Both the position numbers and the translations under genes were made by a program. A stretch of 64,000 nt of DNA from Octopus sinensis (taxonomy: Eukaryota): NCBI RefSeq assembly GCF_006345805.1, contig NC_043000.1, positions 55,676,001 through 55,740,000 on the forward strand, given 5' to 3'. Shown here one piece after another: positions 52,501-64,000 of this stretch. The first letter of the stretch is position 1, and every line of letters starts with the position of its first letter. Below the pieces are notes generated by a model that did no database searches, was not told where the DNA came from, and was given only the letters and a program-made list of their open reading frames with translations.

Positions 52501-54049
52501 TGTATGAAAAGACTTCTCAAGCTAGATTGCTTTTCAGTTGACAACATAGGTTAGCTAGCGGCAGTAGTTTGTAAGCAAAAGGGTTGCAAGGCCTACTGGA
52601 ATAAATGCTGCACCCACCACACAAACACACTCACATATATCTCGACCCAACTCTCTCTATATATATGCGCGTATATGTGCGTGCGTGTGTGCGCGTGTGC
52701 GCGTGTGTGTGTTTGTGTGCGCGTGCGTGCAGTGTGAAAGTAGACGACATAGTACAATCTAGACTATTTATTTTATTGTCATTAGACAAGATTTCGAAAT
52801 TATATTGCCAAGATAACATTACAAATGGACATCATTTATGTGGCACAGCTTTCAATGTTTTGTATATGTAGTTATTAGTAATCTATAAGAAAATATTTGT
52901 AAATATAAGTGAATATATTGTAAATATAATTGCACTTTTATATTACTTATTACCTAGGATAATTAGAAAATATTATCATTATTGCTATTCCAATGAAATT
53001 TTCCTGGATAGTATTTCCGTATCATTTGTTTCGTAGTGAAGAATAACAGTAAAATCAACGCCGTTGCTATGGTTTTCATTGTACAAAGAGGCATATGTTA
53101 TACTAATTTAATCATGTAATAAATGGACGAAACTCAGACTAAATTCTATAAAATATCTTACTTAGACAGGAAGTCATGTTTCCTGAAAGAAGTAAGTTGA
53201 CTGGCAAAAGTAATCTACCTCAATGTTTTGAAATAAATAACTTGACTGTGAAACAAGATAATTCTTGTTTGTGGAAATCATTTGATCACGAAAACAAAGT
53301 AATCGTAATATCTTTTACTCTAAATTAGTTGGCGAACAAATATTAAAAAATGCCATTTGATAGAGATCAGTAAAAAATAAAATATAATGAAAAAAAAAGC
53401 GAAAATATTGTTCCATACTCAACGGAAAAGAAATCGAAATGCTTGCAAATTATAATCAGAACACATCCTGATTTTAGTAGTTATATTATGAAAGTAAACA
53501 TTTGTACATAAATCTTATATGGATTTGAAAGAATTTCCGAGTGGAATTGTATAATTTTTCGGATTATCAAACCCAGCTTTAACGATATCGATATGTAATT
53601 ATAAAAATATGAGGATCTAAGTAAAGAAAATTTGTAAACTTGGAGTAGTCCGTGGTATATATAAAGAACAACGTTCAGGTATAATAATAATTTATTAGTG
53701 TCTAAGATTGAAGGCTTTTCCCATATAGACGTTCGATAAGCTGAAAAAATGTGTATAGCTCACGCTTAGCAACTCTAGTTAATATGAATGCGAATAAAAC
53801 TCGAATGTAACCTTCATATAAGTAAGGTAACTTTGACGTGACGAACAGCTAGCTGAGTACCTTACATAAGATGATCTGCAAGTTAGGAAATGTAAGTAGT
53901 CTGGATTTTACCTGCTCCACTCACTCAGTTTGGATATGTTTTAATTGGTTTGAAACATGATTGTTATCCCGTGGCTTATTTCTAGAGGTGCAGATATTCC
54001 GCGGCTTGAATTGAAGTAATGAATTTTTGTGTTCTAAACGAAAGCATAA

Positions 54050-54265
54050 GGCGGTAGCCAATTGAATCGTTACCGCGCCGGGTAAAATACTTAGCGGCTT
54101 TTCGTCCATCCTTACTTTCTGAGTTCCACTTCCGCTAATGTCGATGTTGCCTTTAATCATTTCGGGGTTGATAAAATAAGCAGCATTTGAGGACTGGGGT
54201 CGATGTACTTGATTTACCCGCTTTTGCGAAATTACTAGCCTTGTTCCAAAATGTGAAATCAATAT
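54050..54265 (-). mobile_element. Family B SINE (short tail), diverged
   Basis: Head ggcggtagccaattgaatcgttaccgcgccggg and core gcctttaatcatttcggggttgataaaataag..ggggtcgatgta. These motifs read on + as printed, so the strand call is uncertain. Confidence 0.55.
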
Positions 54266-54532
54266 TACTCTAAAGCATCAGCCCGTACACACATGTAGAG
54301 ACACATTCGAATTCATTCTGTTAATATATATTCACGGAAGAAACAAATCACTTGATGACGACTGACAATTAAACTTGTCTAAACTTTGTGCAGATGTAAA
54401 AATTACAAAGTTAATCATTTGTAATGATGAAGTAAAAAGGCCAAAGACTAATGAATTTATCCACAGGCGTGTTATAATCGTTACAGTTTGAAATTGATTC
54501 ACATTATTAAAGGAAAACAAGCAAAAATTATC

Positions 54533-55310
54533 TGCACAGGCTTGGCTTTGTGGTAAGAAGCTTGCTTCCAAACCACATGGGTCGGTGTTTGCTCCCACGG
54601 TGTATCACCTAGGGAAAGTGTATTCCACTATAGCCTTGGGCCGACCAAAGCCTTGTGAGTAGGTTTGGTAGACGGATACTGAAAAAACCCCATCCTATAA
54701 TTATATATATAAGTAAAGTCAATCACCACGTCAAAGTGACTGTTCCATGTTACTACTAGTGTAAACCCAGGTAGATCTTACAGCAGCTGGTTATGGGTGC
54801 GACACTGCATCCTTCATATACAATATATATTGCTAGCATGGGGAGCGAACACCTGCCGTCCTCTAGCAGACAGCAAGATCGGGAGACTGACTCAGTTTCG
54901 AGCTCCTTGGCTCATCCTCAATCGCGAGTACCTGGTCCCCAGAGCGATAGCCAGGGTCCGCTCCCTTGCTAGTAATATATATTGTATATAAATGGTCTCA
55001 GATGAAGAGAGGAGGGGAGTTGAGCTCATGTGGTGCAAAGGAGTGAAGTGAGAAGAAAGAAGCGAAGGGATATGTGAGTGCGTTAGCGTGCGTGTGTCTT
55101 TGTGTCTGTGTTTTCCTCCACCACCGCTTTAGAACTGGTGCTGGTGGTTTACGTCCGCGTAAATTAGCAGTTCGATAAAAGAGAATAATAGAATACCTGC
55201 AAGGTTTTAAAAAAAATCCTAGGGACGATACATTCGATTAAAAGTTCTTCAAGGTGGCCCCCCAGCGGGGCTGCATTCTAGTGACTGACACAAGTGTAAG
55301 ATAAAAGATA
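54533..55310 (+). mobile_element. SINE family A split at its internal microsatellite by a ~390-bp insertion
   Basis: 5' half at 54533-54700 (tggtaagaagcttgcttcc..ccttgtgagtaggtttggtagacgg) and 3' half at 55090-55310 (gtttacgtcc..gactgacacaagt..aagataaaagata). Confidence 0.8.
54816..54989. repeat. Foldback with ~34-bp inverted arms enclosing a minus-strand hammerhead relic
   Basis: atatacaatatatattgctagcatggggagcg pairs with cgctcccttgctagtaatatatattgtatat. Inside, on minus: tga-gccaaggagctc-gaaactgagtcagtc. Confidence 0.75.
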
Positions 55311-56879
55311 AACACTCGTTTCAGTTGAAAACAGAAGACCAAGTTGTTGTTGAGCACAGACCGGTTCTGATCCAGTAGATCAATGACTACTAATTTTCCA
55401 GTCATGAACATATCTTTTTAAGATAATATCTAATGTATCGAGAAAGATCTAATTGTTATTTCTAATAGTTACGTCGAGCGACGTTAACTCAGCACAATTT
55501 AGCTTTCAATGATATATATGAACATGCAACTCGCTATTAAACATTCACTTTTAGGACTGAATGTGTTAATCTAATTAATGTATCTAATTTTGAAGTGAAA
55601 TTTACCATTTACTCTAAATTTAATGATTTATGTTGTTATGCTGAACGTTCAAGTTAGAACTTCCAGTCTTATTTAGTTCTGAAATTCCATGTTTCTTAGA
55701 ATACACTTATGCCAAATTCTTACACCCTTTATCAGAAAGTGTTGGCCGAAAATCAGTTTCTGCGAGTTGATAAAAAAAGAAAAGATTTCAAAAAGCACCA
55801 GCGTCATAACACATACCTATTGCAGTTGCTCCAGTTTCCCTTCCAATAGGATCCATGCAGCAACACGATATCCTAGTATACGAGAATCACTATAAAGTTA
55901 TATTCTTAGCGTACTGACTTCGGTGCTACCATATTTAAATCGGGCAGGGTGGGTATCATTAAAATAAAGCAAACCATAAATAATTATGCAGTTATGCAAT
56001 GACAAAAATATTATTTGTCTAATATTTTAAATATTTTGCAACTGGGGGAATTAGCTCCAGATAACTTTCGACACATACTCTCTTGGGGATGTATAACTTT
56101 TATAGTACATAATGAAGTAGTGATGAGAGAGATACTACGCAAATATAGAAGTATATGCACCACTTTGTGTAGTTAATTAAAATCATTTAGAGAATATATT
56201 ATAAAGAAACGTCATATGCGCGAGAATAATGTTATTTTCTTAATTAGCTAGGTCTGCGGGAGGAGCTGAGGTCATGATCTTCGCATGTGAAGTTCATGAC
56301 GATAATATTCCACTGGGATATATGGAATATGAGAGCTACAAGAAAAACATTCTGGATTTTGCGTCGTATGCGAATACCTGATGCGACAATCTGGGAATGA
56401 AGGAGAAAGTACGTACTGGTAACTGTGGAATGTACATTTAACACAATATGTTTGACAAGAGAAAAGGGGACAACTGAGCCACGAGTGCTCGAGTAGAAGA
56501 GAATTGAATCAAGATAGCTCTGAAAAGCAGTGGCCTATGTAATTTTAGTAGGAAACGCAGAGGAAGAAGACTACATTTGTGGGTAGAACTTGCAATTTGT
56601 TAGTAAGCAAATTACTGTCAACTAGTCTTTCGAAGGATGCGGTTTATGATATATGTCTCTGTATATCAACAGCATCATCCTAAATTTGGAGCAGTACGCA
56701 ACTGCGTATATATAAGTAAGTTAGTATAAACGTACCTCGTTTAATAATGCGGATGGCAACACTTTAATTTATTCTAACATATTTTCGAAGCTATTTAACC
56801 CTCAGTTCAATCCCCATCGACGGAATCTACTATATCTATGATCAAAGACATTCCAGTTATGGCCATTTTATGTTTAGGC

Positions 56880-59636
56880 CAGTATTTCTCAAAATGTTTA
56901 CTGCAATATGCTTCTAAGTCATGAAACAATTTCATGCCACACAGGAAAAATTACGTAAATACTGGAAGAAGGGTTAAAAAATTTTAACAGTAACAAAGTA
57001 GCAGACGGATGAGTTAAGGCATCTGCAGGTTGGGCAAATTTTGATAAATTTTGACCTTTATATTAAATAAGAACAATAATTGTTTTCACTTTTTATTAGC
57101 TGTGATTTTGATCTGATGTATACCGTCAGTGCATGCATATTCATTTTGTTAGGTTCAAATTAAATGTAGTCCGCGTACTTGCAAATGGTTATTTTATGAA
57201 AGCCTTAGCTAAATCTTATTTCATGTGTAGTAATGAAGAAAATGGGTAAACAATTATTGTAGCCATTCAGTATGTTTCTTTGAAAACAAGATTTCTGAGT
57301 TGCCTATCTACAATGGATAAATTTACACAGAGAAAAACAATGGTAATGATGAGTGTAAATCTAGAACTGAAAACAAAACAAATTTCAGTGCAAAACAACG
57401 AAAGTTCGTCATAATAGGCAATAATGTAATGACTATTTAAAGTGCAGATGTTTCTGAACTGGAAACACTCATTAACTAAGTCCACTATGTATAGTTTGTA
57501 GTGAAAAATGTCCTATAAATCTATGGTACCAAGTAAATTTTAAAAAGACGTTTTAGTACAACAATATAGAGATGTAGAATAACGATCGAATAGTATATCT
57601 GTGAATATAATATCTTTCTCTGAAAAGGCTCAAATTATTTTAACAGCGATACCTGAAATAATAACAATAACTTCCAGGTTTCACATCCTAACTGAGTACA
57701 ACATCCTGTGAGTTTGTAAAACGATGGTTAAAACAATGGCGGAAGAAAAAGTTGCAGATATTAACAAAATTCCACTTGGAAATGATATAATATTACGAGA
57801 ATTTTAAATTTATCTGAAGATATTGAAAAATGTCCAGAGAACTCTTCAGAAATCTCAATTTGAATTTATTCTTGATGAATCTACACATTTCAGTATCAGT
57901 ACTTAATTACATGCATATATTTGTTTTATTGAAGATGAAATAATATATTAGTTTTTATGTTGTAAAAGAAATACCAACGAGTACAAGCGGTTAAGATGCT
58001 TTTGATATTTTAACTCGGTAACTTTTATAAAGTGAATTTTACTTGAGAATAACGTGTTTTTATTTCTGCCAACGACGTACCATGTACTCTATTAAAGGTT
58101 TTGAATTGCCCGTGAAAATAGAAAATTCAAACCCTGTTTCTCTTTTACTTTCTTTTATACTTGTTTCAGTCAATTGACTGCGGCCATTCTGGAGCACCGC
58201 CTTTAATCGAGCAACTCGACCCCGGGACATATTCTTTGTAAGCCCACTACTTATTCTATCGGTCTGTTTTGCCGAACCGCAAAGTGACGGGGACATAAAC
58301 ATACCAGCATCGGTTGTCAAGCGATGTTGGGGGAACAAACACAGACATACAAACATACATGCACACACACACATATATATATATACGACGGGCTTCTTTC
58401 AGTTTTCGTCTACCAAATCCACTCACAAGGCCCGAGGCTATAGTAGAATACACTCCCCCAGGGTGCCACGCAGTGGGACTGAACCCAGAAACAAGCTACT
58501 TACCGCACAGCCACTCCTGCGCCTGTTTGTAGTCATTATTTTAGAGAGAAGTCCTAGTTTCAAAAATAGCACAAACGTTGGAGAAAATGTTAATCCAAGT
58601 CGTTGAAATCATCAGTAATATTAAAAGAAGACCTTTGATGTCAAGAATATTTGAACAACCGTGTGAAAAATTGGACTCTCAACACTTTAGCTTAGTCTTG
58701 CATGGCTTTGTAAAAGCAAAATACCAGCTCACATTTATGAACTTCAAAAAGCATTAAAAACATTTTTTGATAAAGATGTGTATGAAAGATTCAGCAAATG
58801 TGAACAGTGTAGGTTTAAGTTAGAATAGTTAACGTGAATATTTCTTGCTAACAGTAATGTGTAAGGGAAAACCGAATATATTCTCACTTATACAGATAAG
58901 TTGGTTGCTTTCAAAAGAAAATATAATTTGAAGAAGCAGAATAAGATAGGGTAAGTTTGATATGTTTGCCTCAATGCGTATGAACAGCTTTAAGGAAATG
59001 ATCCCTCTTATATTTAATCCTCTGATAAAGCCGGAAGAAAAAAATGGCTGCTATTTTCCGTCATTGAAACTGATAAGCACTGCTGGATTTTAAATTATAC
59101 CTTCACAAATAATCGATCTTATACTGGGCTTCAATTATCTGATGACGAGGACGTGGTAACCATTTTCAGTGATGGCTGGATTAAAATATACCACTCGGAG
59201 ATACCCATTAATACATTTTAGAATTCACTTTGAAAGGAATATCCCAAAGTAACATAGCCTTATCAGCTTTGTTACAATTTTCTACTTGTTTGTGTCAATA
59301 AGGATTTTCAGCCATAAATTACAATAAAAATACGAAGCAAGAAATATTCTGCTGCATTGAAGAAATGAGGTTGTGCATAGCATATATACGTTTAAACGTT
59401 GAAACAAAAGCAAAAAAATATATATCTGGCACAGGTTTTCCATTAATCAGACTGTATTATTGGATGCTACAATAAACTATATTCATAACTGTTTTCTGAC
59501 AATCTATAGTTTTATTTAATAATTACATTTAAATTAGTCCACTTTATAGGTAATCTAAAATGTTTCTATTGAGAGTTCTGCGATATTTTCATCTGCTTGA
59601 AGGTGTGGTGCAGGTTAAAAAGGTTTCGTCCTACTG
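56880..59636 (+). mobile_element. Decayed autonomous hAT Charlie/Buster (ZBED5/SCAND3-like) transposon
   Basis: Termini cagtatttctcaaa / aaaaaggtttcgtcctactg. Transposase motifs IPLGNDII, FILDESTH, VVEIISNIKRRPLMSRIFEQPCEKL, CQ*GFSA, EEMRLC and AQVFH*. The element splits an older repeat. Confidence 0.8.
58140..58524 (-). mobile_element. SINE family A inserted in the hAT transposase
   Basis: Family A sequence with cctgttt on both flanks (58133 and 58522). Confidence 0.9.
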
Positions 59637-61789
59637 TTTTAGTGGTATATAAGACTGCATTATCTAATGTATCTTTTTTAAGACGTTATATATGATTTCA
59701 GTAACATTTGGCTGTTATTTCCAGTATGCCTTACACTCGCAGGAAACATCTCTCAATGACTATATTAACATATATTTATAAGTGTATTAAACCGCTTCAT
59801 TATACTTCTTGATATGTGCTGTCTAATGACTCAGAGCAAGTCTAAATATTGCTGTATGGAGTTATATGCTATCCCAACATATTCGTATTACCATGAATGG
59901 CACCAGTAAAGGAAAAACGGAAAGCCAGTTCTTACTGTCGAACATAATCAATTCACCATTATAAGAATAACGTATTACGTTATAGTCTTTCAAGTACATC
60001 AGTTCTTTAGCTAACAACAAGGAACCTTGACGAGGTCACTTAATGTTCCAAGAAATACTGAGCAAAATCCTTTTCTTTTTCAGGAAAAAACACATTATGT
60101 GGTGACTCTTCGTATCCTGTTCCTGATATGCTTTATAAATAACTTACTTGACATTGTTTAATTCAGTTCATCTAAAGATAACTCAATACTATAACTAGGT
60201 TGACGTTAGGAGTATCGAATTGAGTATGTTATTAACTTGCAGTGCTTAGCGTTTATAATATGACCTTAAAAATGAGCTGAAGTGTGCGAGGGTGAAGACG
60301 AAAAAGTATCAAGTCAGATGGGCAGAAACCTGTCAGACTACTGCTCGACCCTTCTGCATAAGTGTCGTGAGAAACCACACAAATGAGAATCATACAAACA
60401 ACAGTTTTAAAGGATTGATTGACATATTTAATATACCTTATTAGACAATGTTATCGCATAAGATCAAGTATTTTGTGTTTATTTCTCCAAAATTTTCAGT
60501 GGTCTAATGTGCTACACATTTTTGTGCATTTCATGTCAATATGTGCTGATGCTTTGTGGAGAAAATAAAAGTTTTTTTAATTTCAATATTTAACATTAGA
60601 TAAATTAGATGACCTAATATCTAAGAATTAATTCAGCAACCATTTTATGTCAGAAAATAGAGACGCTGAATGCTAAGTACGGTAAATTCTCTAGTCAAAA
60701 GCTCGAGCAAATCTAGGAAGACTGATACTATGTTCTCATTCAGCTCCCTAAATTATCTTAAAATCACTCCCAAAATTTTGGCAACGACAAACTAGTCTTG
60801 GTCAGTATTATCAAGAAGATCTTAGTGACAACGCAATGAACTATGACATTCGTGAATTACTTCAGAATCGCAGGATGTTGTTCTTGGATCTTTCGTGTTT
60901 CTATCTGCACTTTATATTCTTCCCGCTTTGTCTTGCTATGTATATAGACAACTTGCTACTTTTCTAAATTTTTCATCTTTCTTCCTATTCACTGCAAGGC
61001 AACACTGATACTATTGCAAAGTGAGCAACGCGGTTTCCTAGTCCTCAACAGTTAAATACTTTTATGGGGTCAGTTCTTGGTATTCAGTTCCCTGATGTTC
61101 ATCGCTTCCGTTTTTGTTCACTTTATCATTTCACTTTACAGATCACACGTATAGCAACATTGCTCTCTGCTTGAAACTATCAACTTAATTGCTTTAATTT
61201 CTGCTTATTAATTGGCACAATCCCGGAAGAGATTTGTAGTTTTCATGAATCATCTACATGTCTATATTGAACTCATCCGATCACCTGTTAATGATAATGT
61301 CTTTCTTTTGTTTTCATTTCCTTTTTCTTTGTCACCAGTCTCCATTTTCATTTTTCCATCACAGAAAGGCGACGGCATGGGAGTTATAAGCTTGAATATC
61401 GCTGTCATTCTGTTGGAGAAGTCGCTTCGAATATTTGATGTGTTACATCTTCGTTAGCTTCTGATGCTCATAGCTTGTGAACGGAATGATTTCATTTTAT
61501 CAAAGTTGCGACCAGAGCTTTGTTCAACGCAATTGTGTGTAGAGAGAAAGAACAACAGTAACAAGAATGACAAGTGTTTCATGCATATAAAGAATGGCAG
61601 AAATGTTTCTATGGTGAGGTGTTTGCGGATTAAATAAAACCATTATCGGAGTAGTACTATATTTCATCGAAATTGAAAGAATGACAAGCTAAAGGATGAA
61701 CATCGGGGATTTTTTTTTAAACATATTCGAAATAAGCAGCGGCAATGCTTTTCTCCGAACGACACTCTCTACATTTCTATCAAATCCAT

Positions 61790-61810
61790 AGTAATAATGA
61801 TATAATAATC

Positions 61811-61866
<56 letters not shown>
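61790..61866. repeat. (TAA)n microsatellite
   Basis: Direct tandem units. Confidence 0.95.
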
Positions 61867-61867
<1 letters not shown>

Positions 61868-61868
<1 letters not shown>

Positions 61869-63100
61869 TGAAAACCAGAAAGCACCTCATCTCTCACAAT
61901 ATGTGCTCTCCTATACCTGAATTGAACGTCTATACCTACTTAGGAATGAAAGGCGCAGAAGTATTTCATTTCAAATAACCTTTAAGACAACTACCATCGG
62001 CCTTGAAGCATACGTTGTTAATACTACTGACTGGATGATGGTGATAGTTAAAAATCAGGAAAATATGGCGTGTAAGTAATCTATCACAAAAGGGACAAAA
62101 AAACATTAAAACAGGCTCAGTTTAGATAATATGGACATCAAGACCAGAGAAATGTCACCAAACAAACCAAGCTGGAAAAGTAATGAAAAGAAAAGCACAC
62201 AAAAAGAACTTGAAGCAAGTAAAACAACGCTGGTAAGATAAACCCTTACACAGCCAATAGCTAGCACTGACCAATGAAGCTAATGCTGACAATGATCAAT
62301 GGTTGCAAAGAGCTGGATTAAAGGTAAAAACCAAAAGCGAATCATCGTAGCTCAAAACCATTCCTTGTTGACCCATAGTTACCTGGAAAATATAATTAAG
62401 TACGGGACAGATTCAAAGCGTGGGTTATTTAGGAGAAACGATCGACCACCTTTTCTCCGGATGTTCTTCAACGGCTGTGAATCATGATAGAGACAGGCCG
62501 TCCAAATCGGGCAATATATCCTTTGGAATTTTGTGAACACCATGGGGGTGAGGAGAAGCAACTAAAAAACTGGTATGGACATTTTCACCAGTCAGTCACT
62601 TATATTGGCTATATCATCATTCTCTGGGATTTTACACTTAATACCGATAGAACAATTAATGTAAATCGCCAGATATTACAGAAAAACAAATTATACGGAT
62701 AAAATGTGTCTCCTAATTCTTATGACCGCTCTCACAAAGAACAACGCCACTGTCAAAGAACTGAATAAAATATAGAAATACAAAGATGTTGATTGTCGAA
62801 ATCTGGTAAATGGAAACAATTAAGATACCTGAAGTTATAGCTGCACTTACGATAATAAAAAATGAAACTGGTAAACTTATAGATATTATATCATGGAAAC
62901 TGTTTAAAACAAATGCAAAAAATAATGCTAATGTACACAGCGCATCCTTTAAGCATCATTACCATAAATTTCACAACTCTATAGAGCACTCATACATACA
63001 CATTTTTTATTATTTCATTATTTTATTATATTTATTTTTATCCAGTTCTACAACTTCTGGACATCAAACAATCATGAAATGCAATAAAAACATAATATCC
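61868..63100 (+). mobile_element. Older, decayed R4/Dong-like RLE LINE fragment
   Basis: YTYLGM, WLQRAGLK, IIVAQNHSLLTHSY, IIILWDFTLNTDRTINVNR, KYRKYKD, collinear with 34363-35175. Begins at (TAA)n. Confidence 0.8.
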
Positions 63101-63509
63101 AATATGTTTCTCAGTTGCTTCGGTGTCGCCCGGTGGATAAATATAAATATAGCAGATGACTTGAGGCAGATGCTCTCATGGAAGTGTTATCATGTACATA
63201 TCATTTCTCGGCTTAAAAGATAGGCTACCGCAAATATTCTGCTCATCATCACAGATTTGCTTGTCAATTGTTTGATCATAAACAGTTGAACGTTTCCCTT
63301 CGTGGCTAACAATACGTATATTTCTGATCACGGACAGAAATGGCCGGGAAGTATCATAGCCATGTGCTAAGAGGAATTCTTTGGGGTTTGAATAATTCAC
63401 CCCTAGGATCGTGGGTGCTTCTTTCAACAATTTTAAACAACCCTTGTTCGGGGACATTTTGATTGGGATAGGCTGCTCGAGCGAAGAAAATTCCAGCTGC
63501 TGTCAACCT

Positions 63510-63672
63510 ATGCTGTTTATCGTGATATGAGATCACCATGTCGCGCACACATGGTTGGCATGCATGTGCCTGTGGTACCCTTATCAGACGAGTAGTCATG
63601 ATGGGTATATTTGGCATTGTATATTTATATCTCAGTCTCAATTTGATGTCATGTGCTGCTCCTTCACTCACA
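63510..63672 (+). mobile_element. Probable LINE 3' UTR repeat (copy of 36267-36432)
   Basis: Near-identical core gagatcaccatgtcgcgcaca..cccttatcagacgagtagtcat, followed by aat/gat repeats. Confidence 0.7.
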
Positions 63673-63675
63673 AAC

Positions 63676-63850
63676 AATAATAATGATGATGATGATGACG
63701 ATGATGATGATGATAATGAAGAAGAAGAAGAAGAAGAAGAAGAAGAAGAAGAAGAAGAAGAAGAAGAAGAAGAAGAAGAAGAAGAAGAAGAAGAAGAAGA
63801 AGAAGAAGAAGAAGAAGAAGAAGAAGAAGAAGAAGAAGAAGAAGAAGAAA
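63676..63850. repeat. (AAT)(GAT)n(GAA)n microsatellite
   Basis: Long perfect GAA run. Confidence 0.97.
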
Positions 63851-64000
63851 GTAGGAGGTTTTAGAGAGACGGAAAGAACTATAAGAAAGATGTATAATAG
63901 TTTGAAGAGATTAAGATCGGAGAAGACGTGAAACAGAACAAAATAAGAAGAACAACTGAAATAGTGACCGAGATTGTATGAGAAGTGTGGTCTTGAAAGG

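Noticed and set aside
53060-53077. gttgctatggtt resembling an RFX X-box
   Set aside because: Half-site match only, with no promoter or gene context.
60700-61560. Possible minus-strand LINE N-terminal relic
   Set aside because: Composition is suggestive but no diagnostic motif was recovered.
63538-63931. Poly-E and poly-K ORFs
   Set aside because: Produced by the (GAT)n(GAA)n microsatellite.

Overview
AT-rich eukaryotic non-coding DNA saturated with repeats. The SINE families and microsatellite load point to an octopus or other coleoid cephalopod genome (inferred, not verified). I could not support any host protein-coding exon, rRNA, true tRNA or CRISPR array, and most ORFs in the track are microsatellite artefacts. 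The window holds three tRNA-derived SINE families in many copies. It also holds decayed LINEs: R4/Dong-like RLE elements sitting in (TAA)n and a near full-length RTE relic. There are hAT (Charlie/Buster and SPIN-like), mariner and piggyBac-like relics and MITEs, plus Penelope-like relics. Highlights: (1) a dispersed set of minimal type I hammerhead ribozymes with palindromic stem III, two of them with an intact core (9195-9285 and 30185-30281); (2) an ORF1-only (HAL1-like) L1/Tx1-type element with a CCHC knuckle, inserted with a 16-bp TSD into the tRNA head of a SINE, whose 3' end resembles the tail of a tandem-forming Meta-domain SINE; (3) a five-element nest built around a triplicated 8-bp hAT target site.
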